64,000 bases of DNA from an uncultured archaeon (GCA_964486045.1 CAZALK010000003.1:1-64000); one strand, 5' to 3'; counted from the first letter of the stretch, positions 29,881 through 40,177 are shown. Numbers and translations: made by a program. The notes: a model not told the origin generated them from the letters alone.

Positions 29881-31362
29881 ATGGAAGAAAATGAAAAAGA
29901 CCTTATAGAAATCAATTCAATAAGAGAATTTGTGATGGCTAGTAGAATTGATGATGCAGTTAAACTAATTGCTCTCTATCTTGGCGATTCTACGGAAGAA
30001 AATTATATAGATAGATTAGAAAATATTATTGAACTGTTATTATCGCTCCACGGAGGAAGAGTTGTGCTAAGATTTTTAATTGAAAATCTTGTAATTGACA
30101 TTTCTTCTCTGTTGGAAAATCTTTCTAAAAAAGATTCCGTATTGAGATATACTTTCTTGCTATTATTAAAAACAATTTGTGAAAACGAGTGTGATCTATT
30201 TCTGCCTTACAGTGAAGATTTATTAAATTCCGATGAACCAAATGTACGAGAGGCTGACTTACAACTTTTGATATATATGGCAGGAGGAGATAATATAATC
30301 AATGATGAATCATTAATTAGGGGTATAACCTTAAAACTTACAGATGAAAAAGATTTTGTTGTAGAGAAGGCTATCCAAACTTTAAAAGCAATAGGAGAAA
30401 AATCCCCCTCAATAGTAACAAAAGTTTTAACGGATTTCGTCAAAGAAAATTCACAAGTTCCTGAAAATGAAGAATTGAGAAATTCGGTTGATAGTATAAT
30501 TAAGTCATTTGTTACAATTGAAAAGATTGAAGAAATCGTTGAAGCTACTGAAGAAAAAAAGGATGATGATCTAAAGAAAGAAGTGTCTGAAATCACTGAT
30601 AAAGAATTAGAATTGAAAAAGAAAGACTTAGAATTGAAAAAGAAAAAACTGGAGCTAGCGAAAAAAGAAAAGATATTAGGGGAAAAATCAATAAAGGAAA
30701 AAGGAAAAGTATTAAAATTAAAAGAGGAGCTTCTTGTTGAGGAAACAAAACTTTCCGAAGAGGAAATATTAGTTGATAAGGCACCAATGAAAAAAATACC
30801 AAAGAAGCTAAAGAAAGAAGTTTCTGAGATTAGAGGTAAAGAAATAGAATTGAAAAAGAAAGGATTGGAACTTGAAAAGAAAAAATTGGAATTAGAAGAA
30901 GAAGGAAAGAAATTAGAGGAAAAATCAATACAGGAAAAAGAAAAAGTATTAAAATTAAAAGAGGAGCTTCTTGTTGAGGAGACAAAACTATCCGGAGAAG
31001 AAATATTAGTTGATATAGTTCCAATGAAAAAAGTGCCTAAGGAGTTAAAGAAGGAAGTCTCGGAGATTAAGGCTAAAGAAAAAGAATTACAGAAAAAAGA
31101 TTTAGAAATTAAAAAGAAAAAGCTAGAGTTGGAGGAAAAAGAAAAAGAGTTGGAAGAAAGGGAAATTATTGAAAAAGAAAAGACTTTAAAAATTAAAGAA
31201 GAATTTATTGAAAAGGAAAAAGCATTATCTCAAGTGGAATTAGAGTTAAAGCAGAAGGTCATTAAACAGAAAGAACAAAAGATCCTAGAAGAAGAAGCAG
31301 AAAGAGTTGATAACCAATTGAAGAAACTGTCAAAAAAAGAGAAAAATGATGAAAATTCTTAA
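29881..31362 (+). CDS. HEAT/ARM N-terminus with a K/E-rich coiled-coil C-terminus
   Basis: HEAT-like DEPNVREADL and DEKDFVVEKAIQTL, followed by a long K/E coiled coil. Confidence 0.8.
   Translation: MEENEKDLIEINSIREFVMASRIDDAVKLIALYLGDSTEENYIDRLENIIELLLSLHGGRVVLRFLIENLVIDISSLLENLSKKDSVLRYTFLLLLKTICENECDLFLPYSEDLLNSDEPNVREADLQLLIYMAGGDNIINDESLIRGITLKLTDEKDFVVEKAIQTLKAIGEKSPSIVTKVLTDFVKENSQVPENEELRNSVDSIIKSFVTIEKIEEIVEATEEKKDDDLKKEVSEITDKELELKKKDLELKKKKLELAKKEKILGEKSIKEKGKVLKLKEELLVEETKLSEEEILVDKAPMKKIPKKLKKEVSEIRGKEIELKKKGLELEKKKLELEEEGKKLEEKSIQEKEKVLKLKEELLVEETKLSGEEILVDIVPMKKVPKELKKEVSEIKAKEKELQKKDLEIKKKKLELEEKEKELEEREIIEKEKTLKIKEEFIEKEKALSQVELELKQKVIKQKEQKILEEEAERVDNQLKKLSKKEKNDENS
30571..31220 (+). 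repeat. 237-bp (79-aa) in-frame repeat, about 2.7 copies
   Basis: LKKEVSEI units start at 30571, 30808 and 31045, exactly 237 bp apart. Confidence 0.9.
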
Positions 31363-31363
31363 T

Positions 31364-32407
31364 TTAATCCTCCTTACTTTCTTCTTCCAAATCGAAATCT
31401 ATACTTGATTGTGGTTTACTCTCTGCTATAGGTGTGATGTGCAACCTTCTTACTAACTTTCTGATATCCTCAAGTTTTATACTATCTGGAGGTAAGCTCA
31501 TTTGGATTTTTTTGGCTCGTTGATATGCTAATTCTATGTATTGTAAATCTTCAAAAAATTCAATAATTTGAATTTTGTAGTTAGTATCTTCTAGCTCTGC
31601 TTCATACTCCATCAATTTCTCCTTAAGCAAAAGATCAATTTTATCTGTTCTCTCAGACCATTTTACACTTTTAACGAGATTTTTAAAAGAATTCATAACA
31701 TTGTACATTTCTGATTTCGAATAATTATCGATGTTTTTTAAAACATAGAAAATATATAATTCTGCTTTATCCCATCTTCTATATTTCAAGCTGATTTCCA
31801 CAAGCGCTAATAAAGCTTGTTCATAAAGAAATTTACTCTCTATATTGGGAATTATCTTCTCAAATATCCAATCTAACAAATTAGGCTGGTTGAATTTATC
31901 GATAACATCAATTAAGAATTTTTCCACAGCAAAGTACAGTTTAGCATTTTCTGTTTTCGTTGAACTGAGAAAGGAAACCAAAGCGTATTTGACTCTTCCC
32001 ATTGCATCCTCTAAATTTATTGGTGTTTCCGTAAATTTATAGAACGCTGATTCTAAGATGGGCATTAGTTTATCTTTAGCCTCAAAATCATAAGCAAAAT
32101 ATTTACCCCACGAAGGGCTAATTTCAGCCGGTTTTTTACTCTTAACACCTTTTTTTGCAATTGTAGCTTTTTTTGTTCTAGGTTTTTTAGTTTTTAATTT
32201 TTCAGAAAGCTCTTTTATTTGGTTATCGTTTAAAAATTCCAAAATTATTTTATCTTTTTCTTGAGGGACAACCATTCTAAAAAACACATCTGAATCTTCT
32301 TCGAATAATAACTCTCTTAGATTTCGAGGGAAAGTAATTCCTGTTTTCGTTTTTTTTACAATATCCTCAAAAAAAGGAGCATCCTTAGATTTCTCATCTT
32401 CATCCAT
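31364..32407 (-). CDS. Hypothetical protein with an AbrB/SpoVT-like N-terminus and alpha-helical C-terminus
   Basis: KTGITFPRNLRELL...VFFRMVV...KIILE resembles a swapped-hairpin barrel. Confidence 0.65.
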   Translation of the reverse strand: MDEDEKSKDAPFFEDIVKKTKTGITFPRNLRELLFEEDSDVFFRMVVPQEKDKIILEFLNDNQIKELSEKLKTKKPRTKKATIAKKGVKSKKPAEISPSWGKYFAYDFEAKDKLMPILESAFYKFTETPINLEDAMGRVKYALVSFLSSTKTENAKLYFAVEKFLIDVIDKFNQPNLLDWIFEKIIPNIESKFLYEQALLALVEISLKYRRWDKAELYIFYVLKNIDNYSKSEMYNVMNSFKNLVKSVKWSERTDKIDLLLKEKLMEYEAELEDTNYKIQIIEFFEDLQYIELAYQRAKKIQMSLPPDSIKLEDIRKLVRRLHITPIAESKPQSSIDFDLEEESKED

Positions 32408-32505
32408 AATAATTAAAAAGATTATGGATTTTATATTTGTTTCTCATAGTAATTCAAAGTAATTACTTTCACCCAAGAATTTTATACGTTCCAAGTTAAG
32501 TTTTT

Positions 32506-33099
32506 TCAGCCTGTAATATTCACAAGCTCTACACCACGGTGTTGAAAATTCTGATCTATAAAACAAAGTATAGCGTGACCTTCATGAGTATATACAATAG
32601 GTACTGGATAGGATTCAGCATTCTGAATAAAACTCTTTTTTACAAATAATGGAAGAACTTTCTTACAAACTCTACACTCAACTTGGATTCTTTTAACTAA
32701 ATCTAAATCTGCAAAATTTTTTATTATTTCTTCAATTATTTCCTTAAAACTATTAAAAATGTTAGAATTGAAGTTACTATAAGATAAAATAACATCAATG
32801 TCATAAGTTTCATGAAATTTAAAACTTACATATTCCAGTAGAGCTTCTAATAATTGGAATTGTATTTTTATACTAGCTCCAGCAGTATAAATTAAACTAT
32901 TTTTCCTAATATGAACTATTTTCATATTTCCCTTATCTTTATGGAAAAAAATATCACTAACAGGGTTTTCTTTGACAATATTTAAGTCTAAATCAAATCT
33001 CCTAAAAGATTTTTCTGGTTTCCATTCGAATAAAGTAAACTCATCGTTACTAATATTTATAAATTCGAGAAATTCACCGATATTTCTAAAGACTGGCAT
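32506..33099 (-). CDS. Hypothetical protein (longin-like core plus CxxC...H..H domain)
   Basis: C-terminal ECRVC...YPVPIVYTHEGHAILCFIDQNF..RGVE. Confidence 0.65.
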   Translation of the reverse strand: MPVFRNIGEFLEFINISNDEFTLFEWKPEKSFRRFDLDLNIVKENPVSDIFFHKDKGNMKIVHIRKNSLIYTAGASIKIQFQLLEALLEYVSFKFHETYDIDVILSYSNFNSNIFNSFKEIIEEIIKNFADLDLVKRIQVECRVCKKVLPLFVKKSFIQNAESYPVPIVYTHEGHAILCFIDQNFQHRGVELVNITG

Positions 33100-33232
33100 T
33101 CAATTAATTCTTTCTTAATTTAAGTATTTAATGATACTAAAGATATTTATATCTTTCAATTACTTTAAAATCCATAATATAAAAATGTCTGTAAACAGAT
33201 TGGGATTATTAAAATAGAGGCTGATTTGAATT

Positions 33233-33877
33233 ATGATTTATTTACAAGAAATTTTGAATCTGACACCTGCTACTCCAGAAACCCTAAATTCTTTTATAAA
33301 ATTAAGCCAAAATTTATTAGTACCTGTATGTAAACGCTTAGGAACGCGACTTGTAGTTGCGTGGTTTAGTCATTATGAATGGTTCTTTCAGGTAACTCAC
33401 GTTTTTGAATTTGCTGATATGAAGCCGCTAAAAGAATTTCGAATTAAAGCTAGCCAAGATGAACAATGGGGTGAATATAACGCAGAGTTAGATGGTTTTG
33501 CTCCAGAACGTCGCACTCGATTACTCGAACCAATAGGTGCAATTTCACCAGATGTACTTAATAAAGCAATCGAAGAAAGCCAGAAAACACCTCTTAAAGT
33601 TTATAGTTTAGCAACTCTAGGAGTAACTCCGAATAAAATGACCGAATTTGTTGAATTTGTGGAAACTTTGTCAAAAAATGCCCCGATTATCGCAAGTTGG
33701 CGACCAATTGCTGGTAATCCAAATGAAGTAAATGATTTATGGAAAGGAGATATTGGACCAAAAGATTCCCAACCTGTTGTTGAGGGGATGAAAGAATGGT
33801 TCCGAAAACTTCGAGAATTGGCACCAAAAGAGCGTTTAGTACAAATTTACCCTCTCCCATATTCTGAATTAAAATAG
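33233..33877 (+). CDS. NIPSNAP-family protein (copy 1)
   Basis: MIYLQEIL..., RLGTRLVVAW, two ferredoxin-like halves, ending PLPYSELK. Confidence 0.8.
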   Translation: MIYLQEILNLTPATPETLNSFIKLSQNLLVPVCKRLGTRLVVAWFSHYEWFFQVTHVFEFADMKPLKEFRIKASQDEQWGEYNAELDGFAPERRTRLLEPIGAISPDVLNKAIEESQKTPLKVYSLATLGVTPNKMTEFVEFVETLSKNAPIIASWRPIAGNPNEVNDLWKGDIGPKDSQPVVEGMKEWFRKLRELAPKERLVQIYPLPYSELK

Positions 33878-34026
33878 TCTTTACCTCAATATCCTTTTCA
33901 TTTTAAAAATGATTTATTGAATAATCTGAAATCTATAGAAACTTTAAAAATCACCTTTCTTTGAATCAGATATAATCTCAACTTTTTAGTATGACGGTTA
34001 TATAAAAATATAGGTAGATTTGAATA

Positions 34027-34680
34027 ATGATATATTTAGAGCAAACTCTTAATATTACACCAGCGAGTCCAGATATTCGGGATGATTATATTAAGGTTGC
34101 CGAAGAATTACTAGTCCCAGCATGCAAACGTCTTGGAGCACGTTTAGTAGCTGCTTGGAATGCGAATTCTGAATGGTTTATGCAGACAACTCAAATATTT
34201 GAGTTTAATGATATAGAAAACTTGAAGAAATTTCGGATTAACGCTAGTCAAGATAAAGAATGGGGTGAATATTTGGCTCAATTAGAGGTTTTTGCCCCGG
34301 AACGCCGTACTCGACTACTAGAACCTATAGGTGCGGTCCCACCAGAAGTACTGCATAAAGCAATAGAAGAGAGCCAGAAAACACCACTCAAAGCTTATAG
34401 TATGGCGATTCTTGAGGTAAATCCCGGGAAAATGCCGGATATGATTGCTGGAATATCAACAGGATATAAAGCAATGCCGATTATTGCAAGCTGGCGACCA
34501 ATTGCTGGAAGTCCAAATCAAATTATGGATTTATGGAAGGGAGATATATTGTTTAATGCTAACAATATGGCATATCGTCCTTTTAGCAAAGAACAACAAT
34601 GGGTTCGAGATCTTCGAGAAAATGCACCTAAAGAAAGAATCATGGCTTTATATACATTACCCTATTCTCCCCTGAAGTAA
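34027..34680 (+). CDS. NIPSNAP-family protein (copy 2, tandem paralog)
   Basis: Shares FAPERRTRLLEPIGA, KAIEESQKTPLK and PIIASWRPIAG with copy 1. Confidence 0.8.
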   Translation: MIYLEQTLNITPASPDIRDDYIKVAEELLVPACKRLGARLVAAWNANSEWFMQTTQIFEFNDIENLKKFRINASQDKEWGEYLAQLEVFAPERRTRLLEPIGAVPPEVLHKAIEESQKTPLKAYSMAILEVNPGKMPDMIAGISTGYKAMPIIASWRPIAGSPNQIMDLWKGDILFNANNMAYRPFSKEQQWVRDLRENAPKERIMALYTLPYSPLK

Positions 34681-34800
34681 ATTTTTTCAAAATTCCTAAA
34701 AGTTCTTTTTTTTATTTTCCACTTCATTTTAAAGCATAAGTTTATGAAAAAACTTTTGGTTTATGTTTAAGATATCGAATAAAGAGAGGTTAAGGATTAG

Positions 34801-35655
34801 TTGAACAAAAAAACACTCGAAAGGGAAATGGAATTGCATCAAGAAACTAAAATAGTTGAAGAGTATAAGAATCTTGAATTCACGGTTATTCTAGTACGCC
34901 CTGAACATGCTGCAAATATAGGATCAATAACTCGAGTCATGACAAATTTTGAATTTAAAAACCTTGTGATCTTTAATCCTATTGAACAAAAGGCAAATAT
35001 ATTCAGTCATCACACCCATGGATTTGCCATGCATGGAAAAGATATTCTGATGAAGGCACAAATCATAGAAGTAGGGGAACAAGAAAATCATCTTGGTGAA
35101 TTAAAATCCACCCTTAACCAGTTTGATTTGGTACTTGCAACAACTGCAAAGGGAAAGAGATATACTAATATTAAAAGATTAGCAATCTTTCCTGAAGATT
35201 TAACAATTCCAAGCTCCCTAAAACCTTTGAAAATTGCAATTTTATTTGGAAGAGAGTCTCGAGGACTAACAAATGATGAAATTAGTCTTGCTGATATACT
35301 TTTAAGGATACCCACCGGGGAAAATTATCCAACATTAAATTTATCTCATGCATGTGGAATTATATTATATGAAATCTTTAAAAAGATTAATAGATTGACA
35401 GTGGGAAGAGGATCAAAACCAGTATTACTTGCAAAAAGAGAAGATCGTCAAACACTTTATAATCTTGTTAATAATGTTTTAGAAAAGTTGAAAATTAGAG
35501 CTCATAGGAGAGAAAATGTATATTTTGCCTTTCGAAATATTATTGAACGTTCTTTTATGTCGAGAAAAGAACTGAGTCTAATTTCCGGAGTATTTTCCAA
35601 AATATATAGATTTATTGATGGATTACACCTCTTTGAGGAGGAAAGAAAGTCGTAA
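34801..35655 (+). CDS. trmJ: tRNA/rRNA SPOUT methyltransferase (TrmJ/LasT family)
   Basis: ILVRPEHAANIGSITRVMTNF, FGRESRGLTNDEI, IPTGENYPTLNLSHA. Confidence 0.9.
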   Translation: MNKKTLEREMELHQETKIVEEYKNLEFTVILVRPEHAANIGSITRVMTNFEFKNLVIFNPIEQKANIFSHHTHGFAMHGKDILMKAQIIEVGEQENHLGELKSTLNQFDLVLATTAKGKRYTNIKRLAIFPEDLTIPSSLKPLKIAILFGRESRGLTNDEISLADILLRIPTGENYPTLNLSHACGIILYEIFKKINRLTVGRGSKPVLLAKREDRQTLYNLVNNVLEKLKIRAHRRENVYFAFRNIIERSFMSRKELSLISGVFSKIYRFIDGLHLFEEERKS

Positions 35656-35691
35656 AAACAAATTCTATGAAAATAATTGAAAAGAAGAGAA

Positions 35692-36018
35692 TTAGTTCTT
35701 ACTTTTCCATTTTGGTATTTCTTCTCCAACAAGAACAGCAGCAATAAAACAAAAACAAGCAAAAAGACCCAAAAATATAAAACTCAAATTAAAACATTTG
35801 ATATCATTACTTTCAAAACAATAACTACTAATATTTAAATATGTAATAAGGAAAACAATAAATAGTATATAAGAGGCAGCCATTATATATAACTTTACTT
35901 TCTTTATCGGTCTTTTCTTCTTTTTCGTTTTTTTAGCAAGGATTAAGCGCAATTCACATTTCGGACATAAAACACCACTTTCTTCTATTTCTGTTCCACA
36001 AATCTCGCAATAGGGCAT
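35692..36018 (-). CDS. Small Zn-ribbon membrane protein
   Basis: YCEICG...LCPKC followed by two TM helices. Confidence 0.75.
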   Translation of the reverse strand: MPYCEICGTEIEESGVLCPKCELRLILAKKTKKKKRPIKKVKLYIMAASYILFIVFLITYLNISSYCFESNDIKCFNLSFIFLGLFACFCFIAAVLVGEEIPKWKSKN

Positions 36019-36196
36019 AATTTTATAACTTGTAAATGTTTATATTAGTTTTTAGCAATTATTACTCGCTATAGCTTGTTTCACGTTATCTAACGATTTT
36101 GGGCTTGCTTGAATAATACTTATCATTTTGACTTCAATAATTCAAAATATATTATTAAAATTTAAAGGATTTGGATTAAATAGATTATGGTTAATC

Positions 36197-36219
36197 CTTG
36201 GTTTTGGGATATAACCAAG
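36197..36219 (-). terminator. Short inverted repeat downstream of 36235..36945
   Basis: CTTGGTT-N9-AACCAAG. Confidence 0.25.
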
Positions 36220-36234
36220 CAAGTATATAAAAAT

Positions 36235-36945
36235 TTATATAAGTAATTTTTTCTGCAATTTTATATATTCATTATAGTCCAGAAATTCTTTTTCTACATA
36301 CTCAAAAACTATTTTATATAATTGCCTTAAAAGTTCTTCAGGAAAAGCTTTTTGTTCAAAAATAACCTCATAAACTAACTCTTCAGTAAGGATTTGAGCA
36401 TTTATAGATTGGTGGCTGAGTAAAAAACTCATCATCGCTTTATCCACTTTAGTTTTGATAAGCTTTTTTATGACATTCAGACTGATATCTCTCTTAGGAT
36501 CGATGAAATAGGGAAAATTCATGTCATCAAGGATTTTGATGTAGTTTAAGGAGTCTGTAATCTTTTCCACGCAATATTCTAGTGAACTTACGGGAAGATT
36601 AAATTTTTGACAATATTCTTTCTTGGTTTCATGAGCGGGGAAGCTAAAGGGGTGCCTAGAAATTATATAATACGCCCCTATAAAGAATTTGAACAAATTA
36701 TGAGGTATCTTTCTGTTGTTTCTTAAATATTTATATACAAGCGAAACCGTGTCAAGTAGAAAATTCTCGTTAATCTCAAATTGCTTTAAAAAATCTTGAC
36801 CATCTTTTAATAAATCAATGGTAATACGTTCTTTGGTGTTTGTTACTTCATATTCAGGAGTATAAAGTTCTAACATTTCACACACACTATTTTGCTTTGT
36901 TTTTAAAGGGAAGTAATATCGATATATTTTTAGGATAATATTCAT
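36235..36945 (-). CDS. Protein with a single TFIIB/cyclin-fold-like repeat (start may be the internal MLELY)
   Basis: FIGAYYIISR...ETKKEYCQKFNLPVSSLEYCVEKI resembles the TFB C-terminal repeat (A.LYIA.R...TQ.EIA...VT..TI). Confidence 0.6.
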   Translation of the reverse strand: MNIILKIYRYYFPLKTKQNSVCEMLELYTPEYEVTNTKERITIDLLKDGQDFLKQFEINENFLLDTVSLVYKYLRNNRKIPHNLFKFFIGAYYIISRHPFSFPAHETKKEYCQKFNLPVSSLEYCVEKITDSLNYIKILDDMNFPYFIDPKRDISLNVIKKLIKTKVDKAMMSFLLSHQSINAQILTEELVYEVIFEQKAFPEELLRQLYKIVFEYVEKEFLDYNEYIKLQKKLLI

Positions 36946-37124
36946 ATGTTATTTTTCATATATAAATGTGATGCAGATTTGATGTAATTTAGATCCATAA
37001 ATAATTCAATTTTGTTTCGAAATATATGTAAATATTATGCAAAAACGCAACATTTAAATATCTGTTTTAGCATTTATCTCTTAATTTTTGTCGAATATAA
37101 TTTAAAATCTTAAAACTTAAAGAA

Positions 37125-37589
37125 ATGACATCTGACACAGAGATAATCAATCAAGAAATAGACTTAGAATCTAAAAGAATAACTGTTAGTATTGATGAAG
37201 TAACAGATAAAATAATAGAAAATTTAATTGGTGTGAAAGGTAGATCAAAATCTTCTGTAATTTATCAAATAATTCGAGATTGGATTGATGACAATTCTGA
37301 ACTTATTCTAAATAACTGGGGTATAAATTTTGCTACAATAAGAAGACAAGTTATAAGTAAGTATAAAGAAGTTCCAGTTAAAAAAGAGCTTTCTGATTCT
37401 GAAATGAATGTTTTGAATCGACTTACAGAATTATTTAAAACAGTAAAAAGTATTAGTACGAAAGAATTGGCTGAGGAAGTGGATGTCGATACAAAAACAC
37501 TTAGAAATTTAATATTTAATAACCGTGTGAAATTAGAAGCAGCTGGACTTAAACTTGCTTATGAAGATGGCAAATTCTTTCCGACTTAA
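37125..37589 (+). CDS. Ribbon-helix-helix + HTH transcriptional regulator
   Basis: KRITVSIDEVTDKIIE...SKSSVIYQIIRDWI (RHH) and ISTKELAEEVDVDTKTLRNLI (HTH). Confidence 0.75.
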   Translation: MTSDTEIINQEIDLESKRITVSIDEVTDKIIENLIGVKGRSKSSVIYQIIRDWIDDNSELILNNWGINFATIRRQVISKYKEVPVKKELSDSEMNVLNRLTELFKTVKSISTKELAEEVDVDTKTLRNLIFNNRVKLEAAGLKLAYEDGKFFPT

Positions 37590-37627
37590 AATTAAAAATA
37601 TAATGAATTAAGAAGTGAAAAATAAAA

Positions 37628-37816
37628 ATGAGTTCAAGACGATTAGAAATGTATGAAAACATTGATGTTTCCCTGCTTGTTATCCCCTTTTCAAAGGTAT
37701 TTAAGCCCTATAAAGCAAACTTTATCTATTCTGGAAATGAAAATATTCCCTTTAAAGAAAGAGAAACAGAATTTAAAATGATATTTAGACAAGAATTTTC
37801 AGATGTTTTAAGATAG
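37628..37816 (+). CDS. Small protein, IPFS/IYSGxExIPF family, copy 1
   Basis: DVSLLVIPFS...IYSGNENIPFKER...FKMIFRQEF. Confidence 0.8.
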   Translation: MSSRRLEMYENIDVSLLVIPFSKVFKPYKANFIYSGNENIPFKERETEFKMIFRQEFSDVLR

Positions 37817-38017
37817 AAAACAGATCACTTTTAACATTACTACTTTACTTCAATCTGGTTTTATATTTTGATAGAAATTATATTTTGATAAAGAAATAGT
37901 TCAAAATTTTACCATATTTCCTTATATTATAACAATAGTATTTAATGACATAATTGAGAATAAATATTTAATCTATAATAATTGTCATTAACTGTGAATA
38001 TTTGGTATTAAATAAAC

Positions 38018-38221
38018 ATGCTAAAAGATACTGTAAACGGAGAGCCAAGAGCTTTTTCAGAATTGATTTTTAATATTTCAAGTGCCATAATTCCTTATTC
38101 CAAGATGATTCAATCATCGAATGTATCAGATATCTATTCGGGTGAAGAAAGAATTCCATTCCATAAGAGAACTCCAGAATATATATCGATTTTAAGAAAG
38201 GAATTTGCAGTTATTTCTTAA
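38018..38221 (+). CDS. Small protein, same family, copy 2
   Basis: NISSAIIPYS...IYSGEERIPFHKR...YISILRKEF. Confidence 0.8.
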   Translation: MLKDTVNGEPRAFSELIFNISSAIIPYSKMIQSSNVSDIYSGEERIPFHKRTPEYISILRKEFAVIS

Positions 38222-38450
38222 TAATACCCAAATATTGAAGAATTCTTTAGAATTTAGGATAAAATTCAAAATCTCTTTTTCCTTCCATCTGTAGCTGAAG
38301 TTCAAATTTATAAGTTGTTTAAAGCAACTTTAAATCAAAAAATCAAGGTTTCACCTTTAATCCTATCTTTTACTGAAACATCCTCAAAAATCTTTTAATT
38401 TATTGAGAATTAGATTTCAATATACAACCGAAATTAAGAGATTTACAGAA

Positions 38451-39674
38451 ATGAAAGGAAATTTTGAGATTCGTAAATTAATTGAACAAGATCGTGAAGT
38501 ATACAAAAAGTTGATGCGATATGCTTTTGAAACAACCATGAATAGTTATGAAGATTTAAGATGGCCTTCAGAGAAAATACCTATCGATTGGCATTATGGC
38601 GCGTTTGATAAGGAGCAATTAGTAGCGGGAGTAGGTATTATTCCATTTGAAATTCGAATGCGTTCTCAAGAGTTTAACATGTATGGAGTTGGAGGAGTTG
38701 CTTCAAAACCTGAATATCGTAATCTTGGTATCATAAGAGAATTAATGGTAAAAATTTTTAAAGATTTATATGAAAATAATATCCCGTTATCTGTTTTATA
38801 TCCATTTAAGCATTTATTTTATGAGATGTTAGGATACAAACTTGTTGATGAACATTTTTCCTACGAATTTAATATATCGGATATTATATACAGAGAAACA
38901 GAGTATCACATGAAAGAAGTCGAAAGGATAAATGATGATATTATAAGTGTTTATGATCGCGCTATTTTAAATTTTGATTATATTGCTAAAAGACCTGAGA
39001 TTCAATATTGGAGAGGCTTATATAAAAACAACTACAAATTCATTTGCTACAACGGAGATCAACCTGTAGGTTATGTAATAATAATCTTTACCAAAAGAGA
39101 TGCTGTGTGGTTAGAAAAAAAAGATGCCATGTGGTTAGAACATCCAGAGAAAACAATATTAATCCAAGAGGCGTTCTGGCTTGATCAAACGGCTAAGCAA
39201 ACAATCTTTAATTTTCTGTGGAGTCATCGAGATCAACGAAAATATATAGTTGGAACTTTTTCTGCGCATGAAAATATAATAGATCTTTTAAAAACTCCCC
39301 GAATAAAAACTAGGTATATAGTAGATAATTCTCAACTGAGAATAATAGATTTAAAAGCGGTTTTAGAGAATCTGAAGTATCCATTTGATAATTTTTATAT
39401 AATATTTCATACAAAGGATGACTTTTGTCCCTGGAATGAAGGATTCTTCACCCTAACGTCAAAAGAAGAACAAATCAATGTAGAGTATCATAAATCTTCG
39501 GAAAACTCAGCAGATATCGAATTAGATATTAGTTATTTAGCACAATTGCTAGCAGGTTTTAGAACAGTCAATGATCTTTTAGAATTCGGTTTTGTTTCTG
39601 TAAATCCTGAAAAACTTGAGCTATTACAAGCTTTATTTCCATTGACAAATAATTATTTTCATGACTTTTTCTAA
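38451..39674 (+). CDS. Eis-like GNAT acetyltransferase with SCP2-like C-terminus
   Basis: GVGGVASKPEYRNLG, LSVLYPF..FYE..GY, RIIDL, DDFCPWNEG, ending HDFF. ATG 38451 is preferred. Confidence 0.9.
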   Translation: MKGNFEIRKLIEQDREVYKKLMRYAFETTMNSYEDLRWPSEKIPIDWHYGAFDKEQLVAGVGIIPFEIRMRSQEFNMYGVGGVASKPEYRNLGIIRELMVKIFKDLYENNIPLSVLYPFKHLFYEMLGYKLVDEHFSYEFNISDIIYRETEYHMKEVERINDDIISVYDRAILNFDYIAKRPEIQYWRGLYKNNYKFICYNGDQPVGYVIIIFTKRDAVWLEKKDAMWLEHPEKTILIQEAFWLDQTAKQTIFNFLWSHRDQRKYIVGTFSAHENIIDLLKTPRIKTRYIVDNSQLRIIDLKAVLENLKYPFDNFYIIFHTKDDFCPWNEGFFTLTSKEEQINVEYHKSSENSADIELDISYLAQLLAGFRTVNDLLEFGFVSVNPEKLELLQALFPLTNNYFHDFF

Positions 39675-39858
39675 ACTCACTTTATTCCTGTTTCAAGATT
39701 TTATTCTTAATTTATTTAGAATTATCCCATAATTCATTGGAAAATGCGGAAAAGCCAATATTTTTTATTTAAAAACCTTTGGTTTTCTTTATTATTATAT
39801 AATACAACTTCATTAGATGTTTATAAGAATAATTTGATAACTTTAGTTCTCACTCGAT

Positions 39859-40086
39859 GTGAAAATCAATATGGTAATGGATGATAAGATTACAACTTTT
39901 CTTGAAATTATCGATGAATTTGAAGATGAATTTTATCCGGATATCTCAGCTGCAGTAATTTCTTTCTCAAATGTAGGTATTAAGAAAGAAGAACAATATA
40001 TTTATTATGGGTATGAACAAATTCCTTTTAATAAAAGACATCCTACATACCAGAAGATTTTCATTTATGAATTCTTACATAGTTAA
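39859..40086 (+). CDS. Small protein, same family, copy 3
   Basis: DISAAVISFS...IYYGYEQIPFNKR...YQKIFIYEF. Confidence 0.8.
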   Translation: MKINMVMDDKITTFLEIIDEFEDEFYPDISAAVISFSNVGIKKEEQYIYYGYEQIPFNKRHPTYQKIFIYEFLHS

Positions 40087-40177
40087 ACTACTTCTCTTAC
40101 AAAATTAAGAACTCAAGAAAAAAACTGTCTCTTTTTATATATCAATTAAGATAGTTCGTAATCTATATTATTTTAAA

